33,947 nt of DNA, taken from positions 1-33,947 of the forward strand of contig JADFOP010000021.1 in the NCBI GenBank assembly GCA_022562795.1, in the 5' to 3' direction. The notes under the pieces are model-generated. The model ran no database searches. It saw only the letters and a list, made by a program, of their open reading frames with translations, and had not been told where the DNA came from. Below are positions 10,859 through 23,202 of this stretch, piece after piece; the first letter of the stretch is position 1, and each line of letters starts with the position of its first letter. The position numbers and the translations under genes are program-made. The DNA is from Nitrospinota bacterium (GTDB taxonomy: Bacteria > JADFOP01).

Positions 10859-11545
10859 TTAGCCCTCCTTCTTGTAGCCCTCCTTCTTGGCAGCCACTAC
10901 GGTCATTTTTCGACCGCCTGGAGAGGCGGCTAGCTTTCCAGCCTCCTCAATAGCGTAACGCTTACGCATGGCTGCGGGAAGGCCGACGGCCAACTCGCTC
11001 TCCCACTGGCGACCCTTCAGTGTCACCAGGCGCCCGCCCGGGGCGAGAAATGGGTCGGCCAGGGCGATTAAGTTTCCGAGCTTGGCCGTCGCACGGGATA
11101 ACACCGCATCATAGGCCCACCGATAGCTGACCTCCTCGGCAAGCTCCTCTGCCCTGGCGTTGAGAACCTTGACATTTGCGAGGCCTAGGCTACGGGCCAC
11201 ATGTTTTAGAAAGGCCACTTTTCGCTTATTGGGCTCCAGCAGGTCAAGCCTCCAATAAGGGTGTACTACGGCAAGCACTAGCCCCGGGGCCCCGTTGCCC
11301 GCACCGATGTCGAGGACCATAAGCTCGCGGCTTGGTGGAACGGCCCGGTCCATCTGTAGACTTTGGACGACGAGCACGGTCACCCGTTCCAGGTCGGTTT
11401 CAAGGGCCGTTAGGTTTGTTTTCTCGTTCCAGCGGGCGAGCTCGCCCAAGTAGGCGGCCAGCTTCGCCTCTTTTCCTCGCTCGACCCCAAGCCGGGCTCG
11501 CTGAATTTCTCGTCGTAACGTGGCCGACAACGACGGCTCAGTCAT
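10859..11545 (-). CDS. rsmG: 16S rRNA m7G527 methyltransferase
   Basis: WNEKTNLTA, LDIGAGNGAPG SAM motif, LSRA; canonical position before parA. Confidence 0.92.
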   Translation of the reverse strand: MTEPSLSATLRREIQRARLGVERGKEAKLAAYLGELARWNEKTNLTALETDLERVTVLVVQSLQMDRAVPPSRELMVLDIGAGNGAPGLVLAVVHPYWRLDLLEPNKRKVAFLKHVARSLGLANVKVLNARAEELAEEVSYRWAYDAVLSRATAKLGNLIALADPFLAPGGRLVTLKGRQWESELAVGLPAAMRKRYAIEEAGKLAASPGGRKMTVVAAKKEGYKKEG

Positions 11546-11620
11546 AGTTTCAACCCTTGCGCGGAATAGATATGGCTCGCCTCAGCCAACAGTCGCAGCA
11601 CTTGGTAGGACGCACCACAA

Positions 11621-11636
11621 TGTTTCACGTGAAACA
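11621..11636. promoter_or_regulatory. parS centromere site
   Basis: TGTTTCACGTGAAACA, perfect consensus; the palindrome extends to 20 bp (11619-11638). Confidence 0.95.
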
Positions 11637-11954
11637 TTTGACCGAGACCTTTTGATTACAATGAATTACACCAGTATTTTTCGGCTAACGCCTGAATGGA
11701 ACCCTTGCGGTGTGGCACTTTCAGATCCTCTGCTCCCCCCCTTCACTTATTCACGGAAAAACTGCCCTGGCGATTATTATACACCACTTGCCAGACTTGT
11801 GCTTAAATATTCCACGTTAAACTGAAAAAACTGTCAAACTCCGATAACCTGCAGGATGTCGTTGCAACAAACACTCCCATGATTTTACGAACAATGAAAG
11901 GCAAACTCGAACACCATGCTCCGCTGCATCATCCATGTGGCCGCTCCTGTGGAG

Positions 11955-13634
11955 CTAAGATGCTCGGGACTCCTCTGGAGGCATGCGCCGCTTAATAATG
12001 AACTGTTCGCCTATGCCAAGGACGGTGTACACGGTCCAATATAGGTTGAGCCCCGCTGGAAACCCCCAAAATATAAAAAGAAAGATGATGGGCATGTACT
12101 TTAACATTTGCTGCTGTCTAGGATCGCCGCCCGCACCGCCCATTGCTGTGGCTGGCGCTATGTGATTCTGGAGGAGCATCATCCCACCCATCAATATTGG
12201 GAGTACATGGAACCAGGGAACGAAGAGGCTCTCGGGAACCGAGAGGTCAGTAATCCATAGAAAGAAGTGAGCGCCTCTAAGCTCCAGCGCCTCTCCCAAA
12301 ACTGTGTAGAGGGCGATGATAACGGGAAATTGAACCAGGAGAGGAAGACATCCACCCAGCGGGTTGACTTTCTCCCGCTTGTAAAGGTCCATGGTCTCCT
12401 TGTTTAGTTTCTGCTTATCGTTCTTATATCGATCCTGAAGAGCCTTTAGCCGGGGCTGGAGCTTTGTCATTTGGCGCATACTTTTTTGCTGCTTTACGCT
12501 CAGCGGGAAGAAAAGAGCCTTAACTGCGATAGTCAACAAAATGATTGAGACACCATAATTGCCGATAGGACGATTAATTAGCAGCAGCAAAGCCAAGAGT
12601 GGGCGGGAAACAGGCCCGAACCAACCGTGGTCAATAACACGCTCCAGCTTGGACCCGTATGATTTGAGGCGTACGGGGAGCTTTGGCCCAGCGAAAACTA
12701 AGATTCGTTCGCGAGAAGCCTCGCCAGTGTTGGTATATGCCAGTCCGGGAGCAAGCTCGGAGACTTTTTGGATTGTTGTCCTTTTCTGAAACGTCCACGA
12801 TGTTTTGGTTATGGGCTTCTCCCTCGTTTGCTTCGCCACCGCAGCTGCAGCAACCCCATTCCGTGCCGCCAATATAGCCGTAAAGTACTTCGTTTGGATT
12901 GCGGACCACGCGGCCGAGCCTTTGTGAACCGTCAGGGGCAATAGCTTTCCCGGCTTGTCCACGCTCCGATCTTTTCCAATAAGATGGCTTACGGTCGTAT
13001 ATGCCCCATAGCCACTATTCCCACCGCCTAAACCGTAGGCCCAGAGAACCCGATGGTCTATCGGCGCCTTAGAATCGTCAGGTCGCTTCACGTAAGTGTC
13101 CATTTCAAAGCCGTATTTGCCGTCGTGGAAGGTAAGACGTTTAATCAGTCGAGACCCTTTAGGGCCGACGTAGGTAAAGGTCACTTCCCCTGAAGCTTTC
13201 GCCTCCGACAACTCCAGGCTTTCGGCGCTCACGGCAAATATACCCTCCATAGATGCCTTGCGCAGGCCCGGGTCATCGAAGTCCAGGACGAGGGCCCTCT
13301 CACCTGTAGGAATCAAATCGACCAGCTCCTTGCCCTTTCCAGGGGTGAGAGGATATTTTCTGAGTTTGAAGCTGACAAGAGCCGCCCCGCGCGTAGAAAA
13401 TGTTGCCTCATACAGGCTAGTCAGAACCCGTACGTATTCCTCATCAAAGGTCAAAGACGGCTGCGAGGCTACGATGGGTGGCATCGCCTGGGCCGGTGGC
13501 CTTTCGGTAACCTCGACTGTGGAGGGGAGCTTCGGTCTCTTGGGCCGTTTTTGGAACCGTTCTACGTAAAATATTTGATACGCCACGAGAACGATAAACA
13601 TCAAGACGATAGCGAGAAGCTGCCTTCGCTCCAT
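11955..13634 (-). CDS. yidC: membrane protein insertase YidC
   Basis: N-terminal TM, large periplasmic domain, GNYGVSIILLT, NPLGGCLPLLVQFP, FPAGLNLYW. Confidence 0.97.
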   Translation of the reverse strand: MERRQLLAIVLMFIVLVAYQIFYVERFQKRPKRPKLPSTVEVTERPPAQAMPPIVASQPSLTFDEEYVRVLTSLYEATFSTRGAALVSFKLRKYPLTPGKGKELVDLIPTGERALVLDFDDPGLRKASMEGIFAVSAESLELSEAKASGEVTFTYVGPKGSRLIKRLTFHDGKYGFEMDTYVKRPDDSKAPIDHRVLWAYGLGGGNSGYGAYTTVSHLIGKDRSVDKPGKLLPLTVHKGSAAWSAIQTKYFTAILAARNGVAAAAVAKQTREKPITKTSWTFQKRTTIQKVSELAPGLAYTNTGEASRERILVFAGPKLPVRLKSYGSKLERVIDHGWFGPVSRPLLALLLLINRPIGNYGVSIILLTIAVKALFFPLSVKQQKSMRQMTKLQPRLKALQDRYKNDKQKLNKETMDLYKREKVNPLGGCLPLLVQFPVIIALYTVLGEALELRGAHFFLWITDLSVPESLFVPWFHVLPILMGGMMLLQNHIAPATAMGGAGGDPRQQQMLKYMPIIFLFIFWGFPAGLNLYWTVYTVLGIGEQFIIKRRMPPEESRAS

Positions 13635-13644
13635 TATAAACCTT

Positions 13645-13869
13645 TTACGCCTCCCAACCCGGCGGGAGGTCTACTCCTCCCGGATGGAAGGGATGACAGC
13701 GGACAATGCGCCTCAGACTTAGCAAGGAACCGCGGGTTAGTCCCTTAGAGTTAATGGCCTCCCATGCGTATACGGAGCAACTAGGGTAAAACCGACATAC
13801 TGAAGGAAGCCAAGGTGACACGCAGCGGCGCCATAACATAATCAATACGAGAGCTGGGATTCTTATCAT
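13645..13869 (-). CDS. yidD: membrane protein insertion efficiency factor YidD
   Basis: CRFYPSCS...RCHPFHPGG motif. Confidence 0.95.
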   Translation of the reverse strand: MIRIPALVLIMLWRRCVSPWLPSVCRFYPSCSVYAWEAINSKGLTRGSLLSLRRIVRCHPFHPGGVDLPPGWEA

Positions 13870-13881
13870 GACATTTCGTGC

Positions 13882-14244
13882 TTAGCCATTCTTCTCGGGG
13901 GATAACTCATAAGACTTGACGGCTTTTTCTAGCACTTGGGCGGCGCCCTGCATCGTTATGGTTTTTGGTGAAGAACGAACGTAAATGACTAGATCCCAAT
14001 TTTGATGCCAGCCGCCCCTGGTTAGCCGGAAGGCCTCCCGGAACGTTCGCTTGATGCTGTTGCGGACAACTTGCGTTCCGGTCCTGCGGGGCACAATGAC
14101 AACAATACGGCTTCCTGCAGACAAGGTAGCCTGTTGGCCGTATACAATGTAGGGGCCAGCCTTAACTCGACGGCCCCCTCGAATGACACGTCTAATTTCA
14201 GCGCCTACATGGAGGCGCGCACCCTTGGTCAATTTCCTCCGCAC
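13882..14244 (-). CDS. rnpA: ribonuclease P protein component
   Basis: Basic protein with RNR-like motif (VVRNSIKRTFREAFR); lies between rpmH and yidD. Confidence 0.88.
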   Translation of the reverse strand: MRRKLTKGARLHVGAEIRRVIRGGRRVKAGPYIVYGQQATLSAGSRIVVIVPRRTGTQVVRNSIKRTFREAFRLTRGGWHQNWDLVIYVRSSPKTITMQGAAQVLEKAVKSYELSPEKNG

Positions 14245-14267
14245 GGCCTGCCAAGCTAACCTCCCTT

Positions 14268-14402
14268 TCAGGGGGCGAGGGTTTTTCGGCCCTTGGAGCG
14301 GCGACGATTCAACACCGCACGCCCCCCCCTGGTTTTCATTCTTGCTCGGAAACCGTGGGTCCGCTTACGCTTTACAACCTTTGGTTGATAGGTTCTCTTC
14401 AC
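14268..14402 (-). CDS. rpmH: 50S ribosomal protein L34
   Basis: Below the track cutoff; manual translation [44 protein letters not shown] (GTG start). Confidence 0.97.
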   Translation of the reverse strand: MKRTYQPKVVKRKRTHGFRARMKTRGGRAVLNRRRSKGRKTLAP

Positions 14403-14492
14403 GGCGCATCCGATGAAATAGACTAAACACGATTAACAAAATGGTCCAATTTTCGTCAAGCACGCATAAACTCATATACACCTAAACGTTTG

Positions 14493-14520
14493 ATACTACC
14501 ACCAACTATTCCCCTGTCAA
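14493..14520 (-). promoter_or_regulatory. sigma70-type promoter of the rpmH operon
   Basis: TTGACA, 16 nt, TAGTAT with TG extension. Confidence 0.6.
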
Positions 14521-14772
14521 GGACAAAAACATTGCAATCCTCCTAAGAGGCAGTGGTCATGCGCCAAAACCAAGAAAAACAAAAGCATCCATTCTGGTAA
14601 GTGAACGGCTTAAAACCCCAAATTTACAGAAATAATATTCTAAAAAAACCGTTGCATCGCCCAAGCATATGGGTATAATCTACAAGATAGGTAATTCACT
14701 CGTCGCAAATATTCCTCTGAAAAAGAGCGCACCGAGGAATTGTAACACATTAAAAAGTATGGGGTGTCTGGT

Positions 14773-14804
14773 TTATCCACGGGTGTGGAAAACCCTGTGT
14801 GTAA
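14773..14804. promoter_or_regulatory. DnaA-box cluster upstream of dnaA
   Basis: TTATCCACG (14773-14781), TGTGGAAAA (14784-14792), TGTGTGTAA (14796-14804). Confidence 0.8.
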
Positions 14805-14948
14805 GCCTGCGGGACATACCCAAATACCACGCGCCGCTGGTCCCGCCCCCATAAACTACAAATTGTCTGGGTGGCGAGACACCTGGGGCATCACTGGCTC
14901 TAATAAATCCGTTGTGGTTATAAGGATGAGAGGGAGGACGCGGCTATT

Positions 14949-16283
14949 ATGCAAGACGTTTGGAACAAAAGCCTTTCTAGAATCGAATCTGCGATAAGCA
15001 AACAATCTTTCGACACATGGATTCGCCCGACACGCATCATAGCGTGGGGGGACAGCGAGGTCACCATCGGGGTCCCCAATCGGTTTTTCCGGGATTGGGT
15101 GGCCGACAACTATTCGGACCTGATAGCGAGCTCGTTATCGAGCGCCATGGGCCAAAGGCCCGCCGTAAAATTTATCATCGACCCGCCGATCGAAAGAGAT
15201 GAGCCCCCCCCTGAAGAAGATAACGAGCCCCAGGCTTTCATGGCTCCCACAACCTATGTTCCACCACCATTCCTAAACCCTAAGTACACCTTTTCAAACT
15301 TCGTCGTAGGATCATCCAACCAGTTCGCTAACGCTGCCTGCATGGCGGTCGCCGATGTACCGGCGAAAGCTTACAATCCACTCTTCCTATACGGAGGGGT
15401 CGGCCTCGGCAAAACCCATTTGCTCCACGCCATCGCCCACCACATTCTGAGTCGGGACCATGGCGTGAGAATTTGCTATATTTCCAGCGAGAGGTTCATC
15501 AATGATCTCATAAGCTCCATCCAGCACGACAAGATGGCAGACTTCCGAAATCGCTACAGGAACATGGATGTGCTGCTCGTCGATGACATCCAGTTTATCG
15601 CCGGCAAAGACAGGACACAGGAGGAGTTCTTCCACACATTCAACACTTTGTACGAGAGCCACCGGCAAATCGTCGTCTCCTCCGACTCCTTCCCGAAGGA
15701 CATCCGGGGCTTGGAGGAGCGTCTCCGCAGCCGGTTTGAGTGGGGTCTTATTGCAGACATCCAGGCCCCGGACCTAGAGACAAAAATTGCCATCCTCAAC
15801 CGTAATGCTGCAGTCCAGAATATACCTCTCCCCAGCGAGGTGGGCCATCTAATCGCTGACCGAGTCAAGTCCAATATTAGAGAGCTCGAGGGTTGCCTTC
15901 TCCGCATATCAGCCTACTCTTCCATCACCGGCCGACCCATTGACCTGGCTATGGCCGAAGAGGTGCTTGAAAAGATATTTACCAGCAGAGAGCGCCGCAT
16001 TACCATCGATGCAATTATGCGAGCAGTAGCTAAGCACTTCGAGATTAGAGTCAGCGACCTGAAAAGCAAAAAGCGAGTGCGATCCATATCTGTCCCTCGT
16101 CAAATCGCAATGTTCATTGCTCGAACACACACTAAGGCTAGCCTTCCGGAAATTGGTCGCCACTTCGGAGGCAAAGACCATACCACCGTAATCCACTCGT
16201 ATAACAAAATAGATCGTCTTATAAAAATAGACAAAGAGACCGAACGTCATATTCAAGACATAGTCAATATGTTAGAGGAGTAA
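14949..16283 (+). CDS. dnaA: chromosomal replication initiator DnaA
   Basis: YNPLFLYGGVGLGKTHL, LLVDDIQF, SRFEWGL, GGKDHTTVIHS. Confidence 0.99.
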   Translation: MQDVWNKSLSRIESAISKQSFDTWIRPTRIIAWGDSEVTIGVPNRFFRDWVADNYSDLIASSLSSAMGQRPAVKFIIDPPIERDEPPPEEDNEPQAFMAPTTYVPPPFLNPKYTFSNFVVGSSNQFANAACMAVADVPAKAYNPLFLYGGVGLGKTHLLHAIAHHILSRDHGVRICYISSERFINDLISSIQHDKMADFRNRYRNMDVLLVDDIQFIAGKDRTQEEFFHTFNTLYESHRQIVVSSDSFPKDIRGLEERLRSRFEWGLIADIQAPDLETKIAILNRNAAVQNIPLPSEVGHLIADRVKSNIRELEGCLLRISAYSSITGRPIDLAMAEEVLEKIFTSRERRITIDAIMRAVAKHFEIRVSDLKSKKRVRSISVPRQIAMFIARTHTKASLPEIGRHFGGKDHTTVIHSYNKIDRLIKIDKETERHIQDIVNMLEE

Positions 16284-16680
16284 TATGATCTTTTTCCCCA
16301 TGGAGCCTATTAATAATTTGTTAATGCTCTATTGCCTTATGTTCTCCATCAAACATAAAGGTTTTCATCACATCCGTTAGTGTTATAAGTACCTAACTTT
16401 CAAATCATTCCCATCTTATTAACATTCCAACACGCCTTATTATTACTAATATATTTATAAAGACTAATAATAATTATATATATTCATCTGTAATCATGCA
16501 TAAAAGACCCTATGAATTAGACACGCACTAATTATAAACATTCCTAAACAATGATAAAACACATTAATTTATTATAAGTATAAAGTGCATTCAATCAGCT
16601 TTGATATTTCGCTCTAAATATTTATAGCCCAAAGTGCAAAATAATAGTGGTAATCTAGGGATAGCCATGGTATATTAAAT
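16284..16680. other. oriC (AT-rich unwinding region downstream of dnaA)
   Basis: Most AT-rich part of the window; TTATTAACA-TTCCAACA-CGCC-T-TAT TAT TAC TAA TAT at 16416-16452; gene orientation diverges near here. Confidence 0.85.
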
Positions 16681-16866
16681 TCAGCTTATAGACCTACCGC
16701 TTGATGGTTGTAACTCGTTATAGCGCCTGCCGTTATCACCATCATGGTTCGGATGATAGACATCAGCCAGGACCCACATTGGGCAATGGGGTGCGCTTAG
16801 GTCTTGGTCGGACCATTTATCACCAGCGAAGATCAATTAAATGCTAACCAAATAGGATATGTCTGA

Positions 16867-19317
<2,451 letters not shown>

Positions 19318-19402
19318 TCGTTCTTCTTAGCGTCCGGATATAGGCGAACGGCTCACCGGCTCCGCACAAGCCGGCCACGCCCCCCATTATGGCTGAGGGA
19401 CG

Positions 19403-21838
19403 ATGGAAACGATAGAGAGTCGGATACCCGTTGATATAGACCGCGAGATGCGTAGCGCCTACCTAGGCTACGCCATGAGCGTCATCGTCGGCCGGGCGCT
19501 GCCGGATGTCCGAGACGGCCTTAAGCCCGTACACCGCCGAACCCTCTTTACAATGCATGAGATGGGCATGGAGTGGAACCGGGCGTATAAGAAGAGCGCG
19601 CGGGTGGTCGGTGAGGTCATGGGGAAGTATCACCCCCATGGCGACGCTGCGATCTACGAGACCATCGTCCGTATGGCCCAGGACTTCTCGCTTCGCTATC
19701 CGCTTGTAGACGGCCAGGGCAACTTCGGCTCTGTTGACGGCGACGCGGCCGCCGCCATGCGCTACACCGAGGTGCGAATGGCCAAGATCTCCCAGGAGCT
19801 GTTGCGCGACATCGAGCGCGAGACGGTGGAGTTCGGCCCTAACTACGACGACTCCCTTGAAGAGCCCCTCTACCTCCCAGCAAGAATTCCCAACCTGCTG
19901 GTCAACGGCTCGAGCGGCATCGCCGTCGGGATGGCAACCAACATCCCGCCCCACAACCTTGGGGAGGTGGTGGATGCGATGGTCCATCTCCTTGATAACC
20001 CGGAAGCCAGCGTGGAGGACCTTATGGCCTTCATCCGGGGGCCCGATTTTCCCACCGCCGGTATCATCTTGGGTGCCGACGGGATCGGGGCGGCCTACCG
20101 CACCGGCAGGGGTATTATTAAGGTTCGGGCACGGGCCACCATCGAGCGGCCCACCTCTCCGAAGGCGAAAGCGACCATCGTGGTCACCGAGCTTCCCTAC
20201 CAAGTAAACAAGGCCAGGGTGGTGGAGCGCATCGCCGAGCTCGTACGCGACAAGAAGGTTGAAGGCATAACCGACCTCAAGGATGAATCGAGCCGCGAGG
20301 GAATGCGGATCGCCATCCAGGTGCGCGACGAAGACTACGCTGAAGTCATTCTCAACCAGCTCTATTCCCACACTCAGATGGAGACGACCTTCGGCATCAT
20401 CATGCTGGCGCTGGTGGATAACCAGCCTAGGGTCCTAGATCTGAAGGAGCTCTGCCGATACTTCCTCGACCACCGCCGGGCCGTCGTTGTCCGCAGAGCC
20501 CAGTACGAGCTCCGACGGGCCGAGGAACGGGCCCATATACTGGAGGGGTTGAGCAAGGCGGTCGAGAGGCTCGATGAGGTTATATCCCTCATTCGCGCTG
20601 CCGCCAACCCGCCCGAGGCTCGAGAGGGCCTCGAGCGCCTGCTTACCATTGACGAACGTCAGGCTCAGGCCATCCTGGATTTGCGCCTCCAGAGGCTCAC
20701 GGGCCTGGAAAGGAACAAAATAATCGACGACCTCGAAGAGACCCTCGGGCTCATTCGAGGCTACATGCGGCTGCTCAAGAGCGAGAAGCGCCAGAGACAG
20801 CTAATCAAGGATGAATTGGAAGAGGTTCGTCACGCTTACTCCGACCAACGCAAGACCGAGATCGTTGCCACACCTGAAGAGCTTACGGTCGAGGACCTCA
20901 TCGTTGAGGAGGACATGGTGGTTACAATCAGCCACCAGGGCTACATCAAGCGCAACCCGGCCTCTCTCTACCGACGCCAGCGCCGCGGCGGCAGGGGGAT
21001 AAGGGCCGCCTCCACCAAGGAAGAGGACTTCGTCGAGCAACTCGCGGTGGCCTCGACCCACGCCACGTTCCTCTTTTTCACGACCGCCGGGCGGGTCTAC
21101 TGGAAGAAGGTCCACGAGATCCCCCAGGCCTCGCGGGCCTCCAAGGGCAAGGCCATCGTTAATTTCCTTAACCTCCAGCCCGGCGAGGGCGTCTCGGCGG
21201 TTATACCCGTGCGCGAGATCGACTCAGGCCGCTACCTGGCCATGGTCACCCGCCTGGGTATCATCAAACGCACCGCCCTGGAGGCCTTCTCCAACCCACG
21301 CAAAGCGGGCATTATCGCTTGCACCCTGGGCAAGGGGGACGAGCTCATGGCCGTTCGCATGACCGATGGCCACCAGGACATCTTGCTCGCTACGCGCCGG
21401 GGCATGTGCATCCGGTTTTCCGAGAGCGATGTTCGGGTAATGGGTCGCACCGCCCGCGGGGTCAAGGCCATCGCGCTGGCAAAGGGTGACAAGGTCGTTG
21501 GGGCCGAGGTCGTCTCGGCTGGCTCCTTCCTCGTTACTGTCACTGAGCGGGGCTACGGCAAGCGGACCGCAGAGGCTAGCTACCGCTCGCAGCGCCGCGG
21601 CGGTAAGGGCGTCATCGATATTAAGACGACCAAGCGCAACGGCCAAGTCGTAGGGGCGCGGCAGGTTTCGGGAGACGACGAGGTGATGGTTATTACCTCC
21701 GAGGGCATCATGATTCGCTCCTCCGTGGCCGACATTCGTCCCATCGGGCGCAACACCCAGGGCGTTCGTATCATCGGCCTCGACAAGGGCGACCGAGTGG
21801 TGGCCCTCGCGCGGCTAGAAGAGGCGAAAGAGGACTGA
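19403..21838 (+). CDS. gyrA: DNA gyrase subunit A
   Basis: [13 protein letters not shown] catalytic Tyr, GyrA-box QRRGGRG. Confidence 0.99.
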   Translation: METIESRIPVDIDREMRSAYLGYAMSVIVGRALPDVRDGLKPVHRRTLFTMHEMGMEWNRAYKKSARVVGEVMGKYHPHGDAAIYETIVRMAQDFSLRYPLVDGQGNFGSVDGDAAAAMRYTEVRMAKISQELLRDIERETVEFGPNYDDSLEEPLYLPARIPNLLVNGSSGIAVGMATNIPPHNLGEVVDAMVHLLDNPEASVEDLMAFIRGPDFPTAGIILGADGIGAAYRTGRGIIKVRARATIERPTSPKAKATIVVTELPYQVNKARVVERIAELVRDKKVEGITDLKDESSREGMRIAIQVRDEDYAEVILNQLYSHTQMETTFGIIMLALVDNQPRVLDLKELCRYFLDHRRAVVVRRAQYELRRAEERAHILEGLSKAVERLDEVISLIRAAANPPEAREGLERLLTIDERQAQAILDLRLQRLTGLERNKIIDDLEETLGLIRGYMRLLKSEKRQRQLIKDELEEVRHAYSDQRKTEIVATPEELTVEDLIVEEDMVVTISHQGYIKRNPASLYRRQRRGGRGIRAASTKEEDFVEQLAVASTHATFLFFTTAGRVYWKKVHEIPQASRASKGKAIVNFLNLQPGEGVSAVIPVREIDSGRYLAMVTRLGIIKRTALEAFSNPRKAGIIACTLGKGDELMAVRMTDGHQDILLATRRGMCIRFSESDVRVMGRTARGVKAIALAKGDKVVGAEVVSAGSFLVTVTERGYGKRTAEASYRSQRRGGKGVIDIKTTKRNGQVVGARQVSGDDEVMVITSEGIMIRSSVADIRPIGRNTQGVRIIGLDKGDRVVALARLEEAKED

Positions 21839-21954
21839 GGTGGGGGGAGGCCCAGGAGGAAAACAAACGCTAATCTCTGAGGATTAAGTCAAACGCTCCC
21901 TGCCCTTTTCCTTTTTCCGTTGTCTCCCGCCGGGTTTTTCCGTAATCTCTTCCC

Positions 21955-22752
21955 ATGAGTTTCAGAAGCATCTGGCGAAGTCTAATGGCGCTCCTCTTGC
22001 TTGGTGCCCTTGTGGCCTGTGAGCGGGCGCCCGATCGGCTCGTCCGAGAGGCGCGGGCGGCTATGGCCCGGGGTGACACAGAGCTTGCAAAATTGCGGCT
22101 GGCGGCCATCGTCGATCGCTTCCCTGACCACCCAAAAGCGGCCGAGGCCCGCTATTGGCGGGCTGAGATCGCTCGGACAATCGAGCGTGACTTCCGGTTG
22201 GCTGAGCTTGATTACCTGGGGCTGGCTCACCGGTTCCCGGCTTCGGCCTTTGCCCGCCGGGCCCAGTGGCGGCTTGCCGAGCTATATGAGAAGAACTTCC
22301 ATGAGCCCCGCCGGGCGGCTGTTGAGTACTCCCGCCTGGCTGAGACGGCCCGCGAGCCCTTCGAGCGAAGCCGCGCCCACCGGGCGGCGGGCCGCTCTTA
22401 CGAAGCTTTGCGTGACTATGTGCAGGCCCTCGTGGAGTATGAGGAGGCTCTGGCCGATGGGCCCGCCCCGGCCGAGCTCGCCGAGACCCTCTGGCGCAGG
22501 GCCTCGGTCCTATACATCATGGGGCGCTGCCGCGAGGCCAACGAGGTTTTCGGAAGGCTCACCGCTGAGCGGCCCGAAAGCCCTTGGCGTCTCGACGCCG
22601 GGCTTTCGGCGGCATCCTGCCTGGAGGAGCAAGAGAAACTCCCAGAGGCCATTGAGGCCTACCGGGCCCTGGCTGAGCGGTACCCTGACAACCACGTCAT
22701 CCCTAAGCGCCTGAGCGCCGCCAAAAACCGCCTTGCGAAGAGGAAGAAGTAA
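21955..22752 (+). CDS. TPR-repeat lipoprotein (BamD/CpoB-like)
   Basis: Lipobox LVAC; repeated TPR helices with (R)FP/YP turns. Confidence 0.8.
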   Translation: MSFRSIWRSLMALLLLGALVACERAPDRLVREARAAMARGDTELAKLRLAAIVDRFPDHPKAAEARYWRAEIARTIERDFRLAELDYLGLAHRFPASAFARRAQWRLAELYEKNFHEPRRAAVEYSRLAETAREPFERSRAHRAAGRSYEALRDYVQALVEYEEALADGPAPAELAETLWRRASVLYIMGRCREANEVFGRLTAERPESPWRLDAGLSAASCLEEQEKLPEAIEAYRALAERYPDNHVIPKRLSAAKNRLAKRKK

Positions 22753-22800
22753 TCGTTTTTGGGACAGGGCATAAACCTGTACATATCCTGTGTGGTCGAG

Positions 22801-22953
22801 GTCGCCCCTTAGACACCTATCCGAAATTAGACACGTTTTGGATGCCCTTAATGTCCCATAACCGATTGAATATAAAGACATAACGGCTCTGTTGGTCGCG
22901 CATGGACAGATGTACAACGTGTCTAAATATGTCTAATGTGTCTAAGGTGTGAC
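22801..22953. repeat. ~150-bp element with long imperfect terminal inverted repeats built from TTAGACA(C) units
   Basis: CCTTAGACAC-N10-TTAGACACGTT (22807-22837) mirrored by AACGTGTCTAA-N11-GTGTCTAAGG (22916-22947). Confidence 0.8.
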
Positions 22954-22993
22954 GGACGGATGGCTAGCAGGCTTCTGCTCGTCCGGTCTAGTC

Positions 22994-23191
22994 CTACTCG
23001 TACTTAATCACGTCAACAGGACATTCCTCGGCGGCGGCTTTGATCTGCTCCACGTATGGAGCGAAATCAATGCCCTCGATGACTCTGGAGGTTCCTTGGT
23101 CGTATTCGACATTGAAGACCTCCGGGCAGTTGGCCTCCGAGGCGCCGCAGGTGATGCAGCCTTTTTCAATCCAGACACGCGTGATGGACAT
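22994..23191 (-). CDS. single-cluster ferredoxin (65 aa)
   Basis: MSITRVWIEKGCITCGASEANCPEVF...AAEECPVDVIKYE; SD GGAGGA upstream of ATG 23191. Confidence 0.88.
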   Translation of the reverse strand: MSITRVWIEKGCITCGASEANCPEVFNVEYDQGTSRVIEGIDFAPYVEQIKAAAEECPVDVIKYE

Positions 23192-23202
23192 GAATGTCTT
23201 CC

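Noticed and set aside
11520..11825. 101-aa ORF across parS
   Set aside because: Opposes the operon, overlaps the rsmG start and parS, and shows no recognisable homology.
14640..15109. Small ORFs between rpmH and dnaA
   Set aside because: They overlap DnaA boxes, the promoter or dnaA; no protein features.
19463..20371. 302-aa minus-strand ORF
   Set aside because: Antisense shadow of gyrA.
22801..22953. CRISPR interpretation of the TTAGACAC repeats
   Set aside because: Units are 7-11 bp and inverted, with no regular spacers and no cas genes.
23137..23142. Possible selenocysteine at the ferredoxin's missing Cys
   Set aside because: The codon is TCG (Ser), not TGA.
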